From assembly GCA_964658305.1 (NCBI GenBank), contig OZ210885.1, forward strand, positions 5,952,001-6,016,000: 64,000 nucleotides of DNA. Reading direction: 5' to 3'. Under the pieces are notes generated by a model. That model did no database searches and was not told the origin of the DNA. It worked only from the letters and a program-made list of their open reading frames with translations. Every line of letters begins with the position of its first letter. Positions within the stretch are counted from its first letter, which is position 1. Both the position numbers and the translations under genes were made by a program. This document shows, one piece after another, positions 34,151 to 46,200 of the stretch. Origin of the DNA: Leptogorgia sarmentosa (lineage: Eukaryota).

Positions 34151-35852
34151 ATTCGGACCGGCCGTGTTCCATTGGCAATTGTCCTTTTGGTATTCCAGTG
34201 GCGAAGGAATAAATTGCGCGCATTAAACAGGATATATACAGCACGTTTCAGCAACCGCAAATGGATGAAATTATAACACAAATAAAAGCTAATCTGAAGC
34301 ATTTAAACTAATTTAATATGACGTGCGGCAAACTAAGGTTCTCATATTTCCTAAGTGTATCTATGGTATATTGCGTTCCAGTATACTCAGCTTCTTTGAT
34401 TTTGTTTTGGCTATTCAGTCTAGTACACGGACTGCATAAATCTTAATTGTATCCAGTTGTCTAGAATAACCCTTTTTTAACAAAAATATTTACCATACGC
34501 CACAAGTAAAATCTCAACAGCGGAAATTATGTTGATCTGTATAAGCGAAACCTTGCTTTCGTATTTCTGCAGCCATTTACATGACTTGTCGTATTCTTAT
34601 CGTTATTTGAGCCATATAATCGCATATACTCAACACAGATTTGTCTGAATTTTCCTCAACTATAAGAAAATTCAAGTTTAACGCAGTTGATGCAGCATTG
34701 TTATTTACATATAGGAAAAGCGCACTGTGTCACACTGCATACGTCATAACGACCTTTAATTTGGAGCGCAGGAATTTCATCAGGTAACATGTCTCACAGC
34801 CCAACTTTGAACGTAAAATTCGCAAACTTCTCAGTTCGAAGTTTTCAACAATATTGGTGTTAATATGCTCGCAAAAGATGAAATTTTCAGATTATGTAAA
34901 AAAATTCGAAATTTTCATTTCATGTAAGGCATGTGGCAATGTGCCTAGTTTTAACATACAGAATTCCTATGGCCATTAAATCCTATATTGGCCTGTAAAC
35001 TTCGTTTAGCTACATAATTGATTATTCAATACAATTCGTATTGACCAAATTTTTTTTCAAACTACAACACTGTTTATACCGATATAAAATATATATTTAT
35101 TGGTATATTTATTTAGAAGTACGTATTATCTTGGCAGTGTGCCTACAAATTTTAGCATACAGAATTTCCTGTATATCCTACAGGCGAGTAGATTTGGAGA
35201 ACGTAATTCAATATAATTTGTCAGGATTTGCATACCAGCAATGCGTGAGCTGCTATTTTCAGTAAAGCAGATGATTAATGTGAAATCTCATTTCGATTAT
35301 GTAGCGGTGAGTGGTGCGCAAATGTATAAATTGAGTCATAGTTTGTATGATCTCGAAATGAGTTTACCGACATAATAAACTCAGATTCCGCAGACGTTTT
35401 GAGGTCGATTACGATAAACCAAACTCTTTAACACATGCAATAATAATTCAAGATGCTTCTTGTATAAATGTACGTGCATGGTATTATCTTAAAGTCACTT
35501 CAACCTATGAAAATTTTGATAGTGTTACTTCGTGCCAGAGCGCATGTACAGTATCAAATATTTTGTAGTTTCAGGGCGGAAATCCTGCCAAAAATTGAAA
35601 TTCTGTGATATTTCGGCGATTGCGCGAAACCGTGGCAATTGCACAATGTCCGATGTATATGGACTAAAAGAAATACCGAGTCTCATACTCAGTACTTGTC
35701 TTTACTAGTCGGGCACTAGAATGAATATATATCAGTTTAGGGATTTATTTTTTATTTTTATTGCTACTGTATGTATGCGTGGCTGCCGTGTTGTATTCAG
35801 ATGTAGCTACAAAGACAGGCCAAATGCGAGAGTTACAAATTAAGATATATAC

Positions 35853-35859
35853 CTGCCAT
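35853..35859 (-). CDS. Putative start micro-exon ATG GCA G of the GVIN1-like gene
   Basis: GAAATGGCAG|GTATAT, phase 1, compatible with the acceptor at 31370. Confidence 0.45.
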
Positions 35860-36051
35860 TTCGTTGTCACCGTCAATTGCTATACAAGCAGTCCCGTAAA
35901 ATATCTTTGAATAACTCTGCCAAAACAAACTTCGTTCACAGAATTCGATTTCTAGCTAGGTAAGGTCATTTCCGGTTACAGTGGTTTCCAGCATCTAGCC
36001 CACAGTAGCCCGAAAATTAGGGTAGGGAGGTAGGGATAAAAGTAAAACGCT

Positions 36052-36084
36052 GAAACTGAATCGCGCGGAAACGGAAACTGAAAG
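36052..36084. promoter_or_regulatory. ISRE/IRF-binding-like element
   Basis: GAAA-CG-GAAA-CT-GAAA at 36068-36083 plus GAAACTGAAT at 36052; ~210 bp upstream of the putative start exon. Confidence 0.45.
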
Positions 36085-36544
36085 CGGATAAAACGCTGAA
36101 TGTACAGATGTATAAATTAAATTCCGCAGACGTTTTGAAGTCGATTGTGATAAATCCAAATTCTTTAACACATGCAATAATAATTCAAAATGTTTCTTGT
36201 AGAAATGTACGTGCATGGTATTATGTTAAAGTCACTCCAACCTTTGATAATGTAAACCGCCCAAACATAATGTTGTAATGCCATTCAGTCATCCACAATC
36301 TCACCAACATGGTCTGCAACAACCAATGCCCAGAAACGTAAGAGAGTTATTCAATAAGATTCCGATGATGATTGAAGATTCCAAAGTAAGTAATTCACTA
36401 TAGTGTTCTCCTAAGTTACATTTGACTTGTTGGTACTGTTTATAATTAATATAATTACAGTGGAACCTCCCGTAAGCGGACTGGTGTCCGCTTACGGAAG
36501 GTGTCCGCTTATGAGAGGTCGTAAAGTAATTTAATAGAGGTTAA

Positions 36545-37100
36545 AAAACGGAGTACATGATCATTGGTTCCCAGAACAGGCTTAAAAATATACTTTCGGA
36601 CCCAGAAATTCGTATTGGGGACCAAAAGATAAAGAGAGTATCACAAAAAGAATTTCTGGGAGTATTTGTAGACGAGAATCTCAGCTGACATAAACATATC
36701 GACACTCAATGCAAGAAAATATCAAAAAACATTGCCCTATTAAGAAGGGCTAAAAAATACATGACAGAAAAAACCTAAAACAAATTTCTTAAAGAAAAGC
36801 TTTCTATATCGTGGCCCAATGGCATGGAACAAATTACCAAATGAAATTGTCCATGATTTTGAAAATCATTCATTACTTGCATTTAAACGACTTTTAAAAG
36901 CCCAATGACTTTGCCAGGGGAGCGCGCAGATCTGATCCTCATTTGTAAATAGCGTAATATTAATTGTCTAGAACAGTATTTGTTGTAAATATGTATTTTT
37001 CTTAGTATTTAGATTTTATTTGTTACTCACGGCCCTTTGAAAACCAGGAAACGGAAAGGCTACTGTGATTAAATATATTTAAATAATAATAATAATAATA
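36545..37100 (+). mobile_element. Degraded 3' fragment of a CR1/L2-type LINE with (AAT)n tail
   Basis: KTEYMIIGS...LGVFVDENLS*HKHI...ISKNIALLRRAK; 3' CACGGCCCTTTGAAAA motif shared with the full LINE. Confidence 0.75.
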
Positions 37101-37780
37101 GGTTATCATACTCGGGATGAGGTGATATCAGTTTTATCGACATTGGTGATATCGTCCCTCAAGCGATAAAACTGATATCACCTCATCCCTCATAATGATA
37201 ACCTCTACATATATAATACGTTGAAACGAAAATGAAACGCATCGGAAGTACTTCCATTGTCATGGGAAAGTTTTGTTTCAAAGTAAAAAGTAAATGCCTG
37301 TGGACATGCATGGTTAGACATTAATAAATGTTGCTTCGAGCCAAAGTACATGTACAGTATCAGATATTTTGTAGTTTCAGGGAGAAAATTCTGCCAAAAA
37401 TGAAATTATGTGTATTTCCTCATATTTAGATAGAAGAACACAAGTATGTAGAGTAAATAATGTCACCTCATCATCCAAATACGTATCATGCGGTGTTCCA
37501 CAAGGGTCTAACTTGGGCCCTTTATTATTCCTTTTATATGTAAATGACTTGCCAAATTGCCTAAATAAATCTATGCCTGCTATGTATGCGGATGATACTA
37601 ACCTATCTGTGACGGGAACCTCAGCTACTGATGTAGAGATGAAATTAAATTGTGAGTTAGAATTAGTACATGATTGGCTAGTTGCAAATAAATTAACTCT
37701 GAATGTTGAGAAGACCGAATATATGATCATTGGATCATATAAGAAGCTTAGCAACATTCAGAACCAGAGTGAAATTAAAA

Positions 37781-38688
37781 CTAGGAGTTACTATCGCAAG
37801 GAAATGTGCTGCCGTTGCGCTCAAACTTTATAATCCCGGCTGGGTTATAGAATACCTGTCCACTTTTGAAACAGTGACTTGTTATCATAATACGATGATA
37901 CGAAGTCAAAATGATCACGTAATGTAATGTATCCGAGTTTTTAAAAAGCCTGGGCAAGATACATTTTTTTGTAATACGATGACACGAAGTGTGAAATTGA
38001 TATGCCCGATTATTCAGAAAGCAGCGTGTGACAGCCTTCGTTCTTCGTGTACGGTCATACGAAGTGAAAATTATTACCGATTAAGTTTATCACGTATATA
38101 TCTCGTTATTTAATCGCAAGCTCAACATAATAATTAAAAATGCGATTCAGTGCGCATATTGTGTTTATGTCCCGTTCTTTGAAAAGCAACAGCACGCCAG
38201 TTAGGATGAAGGTTTACTGTTAGGGTTAGTGTTTACTATACTATTAGTAATAGCATAGTAAACACTAACCCTAACAGTCTATTAGGGCTAGCATTCTGAA
38301 CATTGCTTGCATCATTGATGTGTGATCGCCATAAATACCAAATTACCCAACCACAACGCATAAAACATTAGCACAATCTTGCATCCGTATGAAACGCTTT
38401 TGTAAAAACCTTTCGATTCTTGACGCACATGGAGATGCGTGCCGCGTGCGCAATACAATATCTTGTTTACGTACTTCAGGCTTAATTATTCTGACCGCTC
38501 CCCTCTTTTAACAAACGTCCCTGAAGCCTAATTATGCCCCCGGATACGACAAACATCTTTATGGACAGACAGACACAAGATCTCGATCTCGGCAATACAT
38601 AACTCGCGCGAAAGACTGGGTCGAGTAGACTCTGGGGAAACCACCGCGTGTCAAGAATAGTGTGCTGCCTCGCTACGCTCGGCAGCAA
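37781..38688 (-). mobile_element. Helentron/Helitron2-type non-autonomous element (HINE/DINE-1-like)
   Basis: Empty site in the paralogous LINE (GAAATTAAAA|TAAAGC) shows no TSD; minus strand starts TT-GCTGCC..GGCAGC hairpin, has (GTCT)n, 3' subTIR CGGCAGCA, ends CTAG|T. Confidence 0.75.
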
Positions 38689-39265
38689 TAAAGCTTGGAG
38701 GTAAGGAAATTACCCGCACAAACGCTACCAAAAGTTTAGGGGTTATAATTGATGAGCACTTAAGGTGAAAAGAACAAATTGATAGTATCAGCACCAAGGT
38801 GTCAAGAGCTATTGGAATTATTAGACGCGTAAAAAAATATGTTTCACAAGATACGTTAGAGCTAATGTATTGTTCCTTAGTTCTCCCGTATTTTGATTAT
38901 TGTTCTCTTGTCTGGGATAATTGTAGTCAGACGTTAAAAGATAAAGTACAAAAGTTACAAAACAGAGCGGCAAGAGTTATAACTGCAGATAATTATGATA
39001 TTCGATCGAGTGACATTCTCAAAAAGTTAGGATGGAACAATCTCCAGGATAGACGAAACTCGCAAACTATCAATTATGTTACACAGGCTCTTTTTAAAAA
39101 ATGTCCTGAAGGGATTAATCAAATGTTTCATGTTAGTGATAATGACAACTATAATCTTCGGAGCAATGACTTGGTGCTGGGGCTATCAAAACCAAATACA
39201 AATGCAATGAAAAGATCCTTTAGTTATGCGGCCGCCAAAATCTGGAATTCGCAAAGTAAAACTAA

Positions 39266-39386
39266 GGCCTAGGTCAAACGTCGAACTTTTCATGTGCCGA
39301 ACCCTAATGTTAATGAGCAAAGTTCTTTGTTTGAGCCCATTTGCATTAGGTTCGGCACATGAAAAGTTCGACGTTTGACCTAGGCC
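39266..39386. mobile_element. 121-bp PIF/Harbinger-like MITE
   Basis: GGCCTAGG...CCTAGGCC termini; TAA TSD confirmed by the empty site ACTAAGAGAG in the full LINE. Confidence 0.88.
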
Positions 39387-41250
39387 TAAGAGAGTCGAGA
39401 TAATTAGTAGCGTTAATTAGAAACTGTAGTTAAGTAGTGTGTATATTATATAGTTTGTTTAAATTTTTATAGTAAGCCAAACGTATAGATTTGTAAGTAG
39501 TCGTAAATACACGGCCCTTTGAAAATCAGCACTTATTTTTTGTACATTTTTCAGCTGAAAGGCTACCGTGTTTAAATATTTTTAAATAAATAAATAAATA
39601 AATAAATGTGATATTTCGACGATTGCGCGAAACCGTGGAATTGCACAATGTCTGCATGATGAAAGTATATAGACTACAAGAAATACCGAATCTCCTACTC
39701 AATACTTGCCCTTACTAGTCGGGCACATTTATATATCCAGATGATCTCGTATTCGTGTTACAGCCAATCAGCGCTCAGAAAGGGTTGCCCGAATAGAAAC
39801 CATTTTGCTATATTCACACGATTATATCTTTCGTCATTCTGTACGAAACTACATGAAATTTTGTAATTATGTTTGTTTATGAGAACTATAGCTCTGACAA
39901 AAATATGGAATCGAAATAAAGTATATTATGAGAGATATTCAGTTGTTTCGGTCGAAAAATGGATTTCTATTTGACAGCTAGTCCCAGTCCTTTTCCGTGT
40001 ATCGAGATCACCTGGATAAATGAATAAATAAAAATTTCAATTCGATTGAAAAATGTCAATCGATTAGAACAACTGAGAATCATTTCAATCTTTGTAAAGA
40101 TTTATTATTCTAAGCCATATTGCTCGAATTTCGTCCGCGCGGAAATAACAGACCAAAGCTTCGCTTTGCTGACATTTGCTGGCTGAAGTCATGGTCGAAC
40201 TACAAGAAATGCTGCAAAAGGTTTTTGCCCGAAATCATCCTCAGACTGGAAGGTTAGCGTTTCTCTTTTTTATTCATCTCGTCAAATTACTTCTTGTAGA
40301 AATATGTAGTGTGCTAGCATACTTTTAAAGCTGTTTGCCGTGTCAGCCAGGGTAGGAAGAATTGTAGTGTCAACCAAAGTAAAGGTGTGAAATGGGAATT
40401 ACATCCTGTGCTGTGCAAGGAGACTAAACTTTAGTACACTAATGTGCAAGACTTTTGCCCTTGACTACTATAAAATTGTCTGACACTAACCAGAGTCATA
40501 CTCTTTGGCTTGGAAAGTGTTTGCTAAAGTATAGAAAGGTGCATGAACCAGGTTTAAATGTGAATGAAAGACATGGAGATAGTTAGGTTAATTTAACATT
40601 TGCTGGACTCCCCTGGTCAAGTGGTATCTAAAGTAAAGCTATCTGTTATTAATTAGCAGAGTAAGCATATAAGGTGCTGTAGTACTACTTAGTGGGAGTA
40701 CTTGTAATACTACTTTTGTATTTACTTGGATAACCAAGTAAATGCACAACTGGGTGGTTAAAGGCAGTGATAATTAATACATGCAGAAATTTGTACCACA
40801 ACCAGGGCCTTTTTGAAGGATTTTTCAATGGGTGGCCAAACACAAAAAAGGACTTTAGTGAAGGATGGAAATATAATTATAAAATAGGAAGAGCGGAAAG
40901 GAAAGAAGAATAATTACAAATTAATAAAGAATGTGTAAGGAAATATACATTTAAGGGGGTCTGGTCAGAAAATTTTTGGATTTTTGAGCTCCCTAGGGCC
41001 TAGACTTGATTTCCTTCCAGACAGGAGGAACGCAAATTCCTCTAGTGGGGGCCAACAAAGGAGGTGGGGGGGGGGGGGGTGGGAGGGCTTTGGCCCCTTC
41101 AGCTTATATGTTAAAAAAAGTCAATTTATTGCGTAACATATTACGACATTTGCAAACAGGTGTAAAGAATGCATCTATAGTTCCAAAAATTTCTAAATGT
41201 GGGATCTTGTTTCTTATTTTCTATAATACTGTACATATTTCTTTTCCGTA

Positions 41251-41582
41251 GAGTGAAACGGACGTGGAAGAAAGAAGTAGGGAAAAGCAAAAGACGACAG
41301 ATATACCCAACCATTTCTGCTATCAATTAACAGGAAATGAACAGAATCCAGATCATTACATTTTTGCTCTGGATCGAATTGCCATTCGTTGTGGAAAGAA
41401 AACACGTCGTCAAAGCACTCGATATGCTCTGCAAGAGCCATTACGTCTTTAATGTGGAATATGCAGCTCCCGCTGATCAATTTTGGCAATTCGTCGCAGC
41501 CATGATTTATGCATGGAGTGATCAAACCATCTGCGACCGGTCCATCTGTCCGAGCTCTTGGCTCTTCATGCCGAGATTTTAA
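41251..41582 (+). pseudogene. Frameshifted remnant of a transposon accessory protein (EnSpm-associated-type C-terminus)
   Basis: VVKALDMLCKSHYVFNVEY..PADQFWQFV motif; possible upstream exon at 40191-40252. Confidence 0.4.
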
Positions 41583-43285
41583 ATTGTGACCATATGAAGT
41601 TATGTTTTATTGAATGTCAGTATAACGTTTCGCTATAACGTTTTCTTTCACTCGCAGAATCATTTATTCCAGTAATAGCAATAAGTTCATTTCCAGTAGG
41701 CTACATTGTTAAAAAGAATATTAATGAATATTTGTTTATGGTCTATATATATGTGCGCATAGAAAACTTATGCACATAAATGCGCCACGGTTAAACTAAA
41801 TTTTATAAGTAAATGTGAGCATTAATCATAAGGTGGTTATATCCCTTTTCAAAATGATTTTTTCAAAATTTGGGTTTTAGTGTTTTAGATATTTCAAGTA
41901 TTGAAAATTCAGAATCTGCAATTATTTTAGTTGATTTCTTTAGTTTTGAACGCGAAAAATGCTTTTGAAGTGACCATAGTGCATAATTTTCCCCTTAGTA
42001 ACGCCTTAGCAACGAGTTTTGGCCCAAAAAAAACGCAAAAAAACATAAACAAATGAATAAATAAATGTTTTTGAAGTTTCTACTTTTGATGTATGTGATC
42101 TAGGAATCATTTTGAAAGCTGCAATTTGATTGGCCATCTATAAACAGCGCTATGACAACGCGAATTTGCATTATTCATAGGCCTACTTTGGGGGCCAATG
42201 TCGCCTAATGTCGCTGCGACAATGGGCGACATTTGGCGACATTGGGGATTTTCAAAGAAAATTCCTTGCAACATTAGGCAACATTAGGCGACATAGGGCG
42301 ACGGTTGGCGACATTAGGTTAGATAGATGGACAGTATTAGAAATATTTGTCAGCCCAGGGGCTGAATTGGGGGCCACGCCGCAATGACCTGGGGTGCTTA
42401 CGGACAATAATTGACAAATTTGAATATTCCCATGATCTCCTAGCCTGGAGACCCACTACTATTCTAATAAAATACAAAAAATAGTAACTCTGAATAACAT
42501 TGTTTATATTGTACAGATGTTTGGACTTCAGCAATAATACAAGGAAGCAAAATGTTATTAGGAGTTAATATTCTTTTATGTGAGTTAATGAACATAAAAA
42601 TCAAAAAATGTCAGTTAATGAGCAGCTATTAATAAATAGCAAAGCAAGTAAATGCAAATCAGCAAGTATTTCAATACTGCAATTCATAATTGGTCAATTA
42701 ATCAAGTTGTTTAATATAGTTATACTCAGCTTATTGAAAAGTATAAACAGATAATAATTAATGCATTATATATTGCACATATTGCCCATGGAAGTATTAT
42801 TTCTTTACCTTACTAAATAACTGTCAACTATTCATTGATATTGTCATATAACTCATATTGAACTATTTAATCAGCATTCAGCCATCAGGGTCACCCTTGT
42901 TTGCTGTAAACGGACGCTTTGTAAGACCTTCCGGGATATGCAGTTGCCTCTAGGAAGTTTACCAAATGATGTATCGTTGGATATGAAAAGCATATCAGTG
43001 ATTTAATCGTATTTATTATCATTGAAAGAAACAAAGTCAATTTCATATTCTAAAAAGTCGTGTTTTCGCCATATTAGCCTGCGGACAGGCAAAATTGTTT
43101 CCATAAATGAATAGTAACATTCAATTTACACTTTTCGGCAAACAGATTACTGTGACCACTGACTGTGACGTAAGTGACGTTAAATTTCACAACGCGTATT
43201 AATTTACATATTTTTCGTAACAAGAACGCAATGGGTTAGTTCCTCTTCGTTATAGTCGGCAGGTTTTAATCTCGTTCGTTTGAAA

Positions 43286-46200
43286 ATGACGGACTCGTCG
43301 TCTTCGTCCTCACCGATTTATATGTCTAGCGACAATGAATCTGGTGAAAGCGAAGCACATGAAATGCCTTCCTGCTCTTCCAAGCGCAAGCACAGACGTT
43401 GCCGATCGCCCTCGCGTCATTCCCATAAAAAGGCCAACAAAAGGTCAAAACGATCATCTTCGCCGCAAGGAAGCAAAAAAAAGAAGAAAAAGAGTCGGCG
43501 TGACAATCGACATGGTGGTCCGAAAAAACCCAAAAAATCGGCAAAAAATAGTGACGCCAATAGGCCCAATACTGATGAGGACAGTGACGCTAGGCCAAAG
43601 AGTGCAAAGACGCGTGATTCTAATAGGGAATCAAATTGCACAATTACAGATGCCAATGAAGGTAATGTTGAAATATGGATCTTTAAAAAAAGCAAAGTTT
43701 ACATGGTTTTAAAAGATGAACCCTATACAGTTTCAGTATCTGACATAACCTTACGGTCCTTGCCTGCAGTGGGATGCTCAATTGAGGGAACATTAATTAT
43801 TCTCTAATCCCTATAGCGCTTTCTTATAAGTTTAGTCCTCTCTGGAAAAAATGACCAGAAACTGCAAAAGAAAGGGGAATGTTTGTAATATTGCTGTAGT
43901 AATACTTCTCACAGTTTTTCCATTTTTGCAGTTTTAAAAAGATTGTGGAGTGTAAGAACTACAAAATCTAGTACCTATAAATTTCTACAAGCAACCAGTG
44001 CCATGACTACAAAGGAACTCATTGGCAAAGTAGCAAAGTTGTTTAATCTCAAGGAAAATTTTATTTCCCTAACATTTGATTTCCAACCGGACAATTGTAC
44101 TGAGAAGCTAAACATCACAATAGAAGAAGGGGATGAAGAGAGTTACCAACATGCACTCACAGTTCTTCCTAATTACTCTCGAGTAACTGTGGAAATGAGT
44201 ATTCAAAGGATGAAAGAGATAAGTATATCTGGTGAAAGAATGTATCGCAGGAAGGAAGTTGTTGCTGAGGAAATAAAACGCGAAATGGGACTACATGATG
44301 ACCAAGGGAAAGGAAAGAAAGGGTACATGGATGCTAAATGGACAGCTAAATGTGACACACTCATGGAACATGATTCCAGGTTTCTCTTTGAATATGACAA
44401 GCTGCAAAGTGGTGTGGAGTTAGCATTTGGAGATAAAAGGTATCTTTTAAATCCATTCCAGATCATATGTCCTATTTGTGGGCAAGTAAAATGCTTGGGA
44501 AACATGAACCAACCTGTAGCATTGGTCCAACATATTACTACTCAGCATTCTACAGAAGCCGCTGTAGCATGTACAAAGCGATTGAAAGCATGGGGGCAAA
44601 ATAATTTTATAACTGCCCCACAAATGGACGGTGAGGCACTTTTGCCTGAAGGTCTCTTTAATTTAACTTCACTACTGTCAACGCCACGGGTCAGGAATGC
44701 CACCCTGGCCCGTGACATTGTTTGAGGGGTGCTTGTCACTTTGATAAATTAGACATGGTAATTTCTTTAAAGTTAATGAGAAATTCAGCTCATGAAACAT
44801 ATATTACTTATACTGTTTGTTTCTCAGCAACTTGTCCAAAATAACTACGTAGTTGGTAAATAGTCATTGTATAATTGTAAAGTACTTGACAAAATGGAGA
44901 GGATCGAAGTCAATACTATACAGTAGATGTACACAAAACTGCATAGTAAAATATTACATGCTATTTACTGCTATATTTTACACCAAGTGTCACCTTTTAC
45001 TATTACCATGCAAATTTAAAGATAAGGTTGACAAGTGCCCCTTAACAATGAGCTATCAAGGAAGGAAACTACTTAACCTATTGGCTTAAACTAGCCATAG
45101 ATTCAGGCATAATATCGAGAGAGCATGTACTATATCAATCTGTGGATGCATTTATGACAGAACAACTTCACCAGCCGCATCCTGTGTTAGATTGGACTGC
45201 ATGGCCAACTTTGTACAGTTTTTGTGAGTCTCTTTTTGGTCTTGGGACAAGGAGAGGGTATCGTTTTTTTCTTGGAAAGAAACGTTTTGGTTATAAAAAT
45301 CAATCAACTATTGTACCACCACTTGAGTACTGTTTCCCTGGACCTTCAGTTAGCACCTTAGACCTGAAGAAATCTCCACCCATATACAATAATGGCCCAC
45401 ATTTGAACAATTTAATGTTATTGCTAACCATTCTGGACACTCTTGATGGAATACCAATGTATCAGCAAAATGGTGTCAAGAGGTATTTTACCTGTATTCA
45501 TTATGATGGAATGCCTTTAAATGTTGGAACATTCCCAAGGCAGGAGAATGTGGAAACTTTTTTTGATGGAATAGTGCCTGCAATAAAACTAGATCAAATG
45601 GAAGATTTGTACAGAAATGGGAATGCAGCTGTACATCAATACATCAAAGAAAACTGCGAGTGGATAAGTGAAGTTAAGGAGTATGATATGATGGATGCCT
45701 CTGGCACTGTCAACGTTAATGTTTTTACGTCGTTTGGAACAGCTGCTGGAAATTCAGACAGTGTCAAAGCGGAACTTAAAGAGGCACTTCAGTGTTTGCA
45801 ATCATGTACAAACTGCATATTATCAAATAATGCCGGAACTTGTAAATTCACCTCTTTGGACAAGCCTTGTGAACGATGCGATCAGCAGAAGAGTACAACA
45901 AACGGATCCCCATGTGTAAGTGCAAAGATACTTCACATTTCATCTGACCAGGCGCCATCACAACGAAAGGCACACATGGAACTGAATGAAGGTGTACCAA
46001 GAGACATATTAGATCCAGGCTACATTCAATATGGATTTGGGCTGCTGCACTTTGCCAAAAATTGCATTTCCTCATTGCGGCACTACAGATTGACCAACAT
46101 GTCTGGGACATTTTATATTGGACTTATGACTGCAGTTTGGGCATCTAATACCACTGAAGCTTCAAAAATGAAGAAAGCAGCCCCTGCTGCTGTGTTTTCG

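Larger units (their letters stand above)
37415..39605 (+). mobile_element. 5'-truncated copy of the LINE at 50111-55194, interrupted by two insertions
   Basis: Nearly identical to ~54040-55194; (AAAT)n tail; ATGTG on both flanks; TGG changed to TGA at 38766. Confidence 0.93.

Noticed and set aside
33656..34302. ORFs and CRISPR-like periodicity in the 31-bp repeat
   Set aside because: Head-to-tail minisatellite with no unique spacers, no cas genes, eukaryotic context.
38216..38278. Telomere or interstitial telomeric array
   Set aside because: Only 1-3 degenerate TTAGGG units, always inside mobile elements.
42172..42183. Alternative boundary reading: TAG...CTA termini with 4-bp TSD TTCA (Academ-like)
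   Set aside because: Gives the same empty site but needs TA to flank both sides by chance; the 8-bp reading is more parsimonious and fits the P-like motifs. Not fully excluded without other copies.
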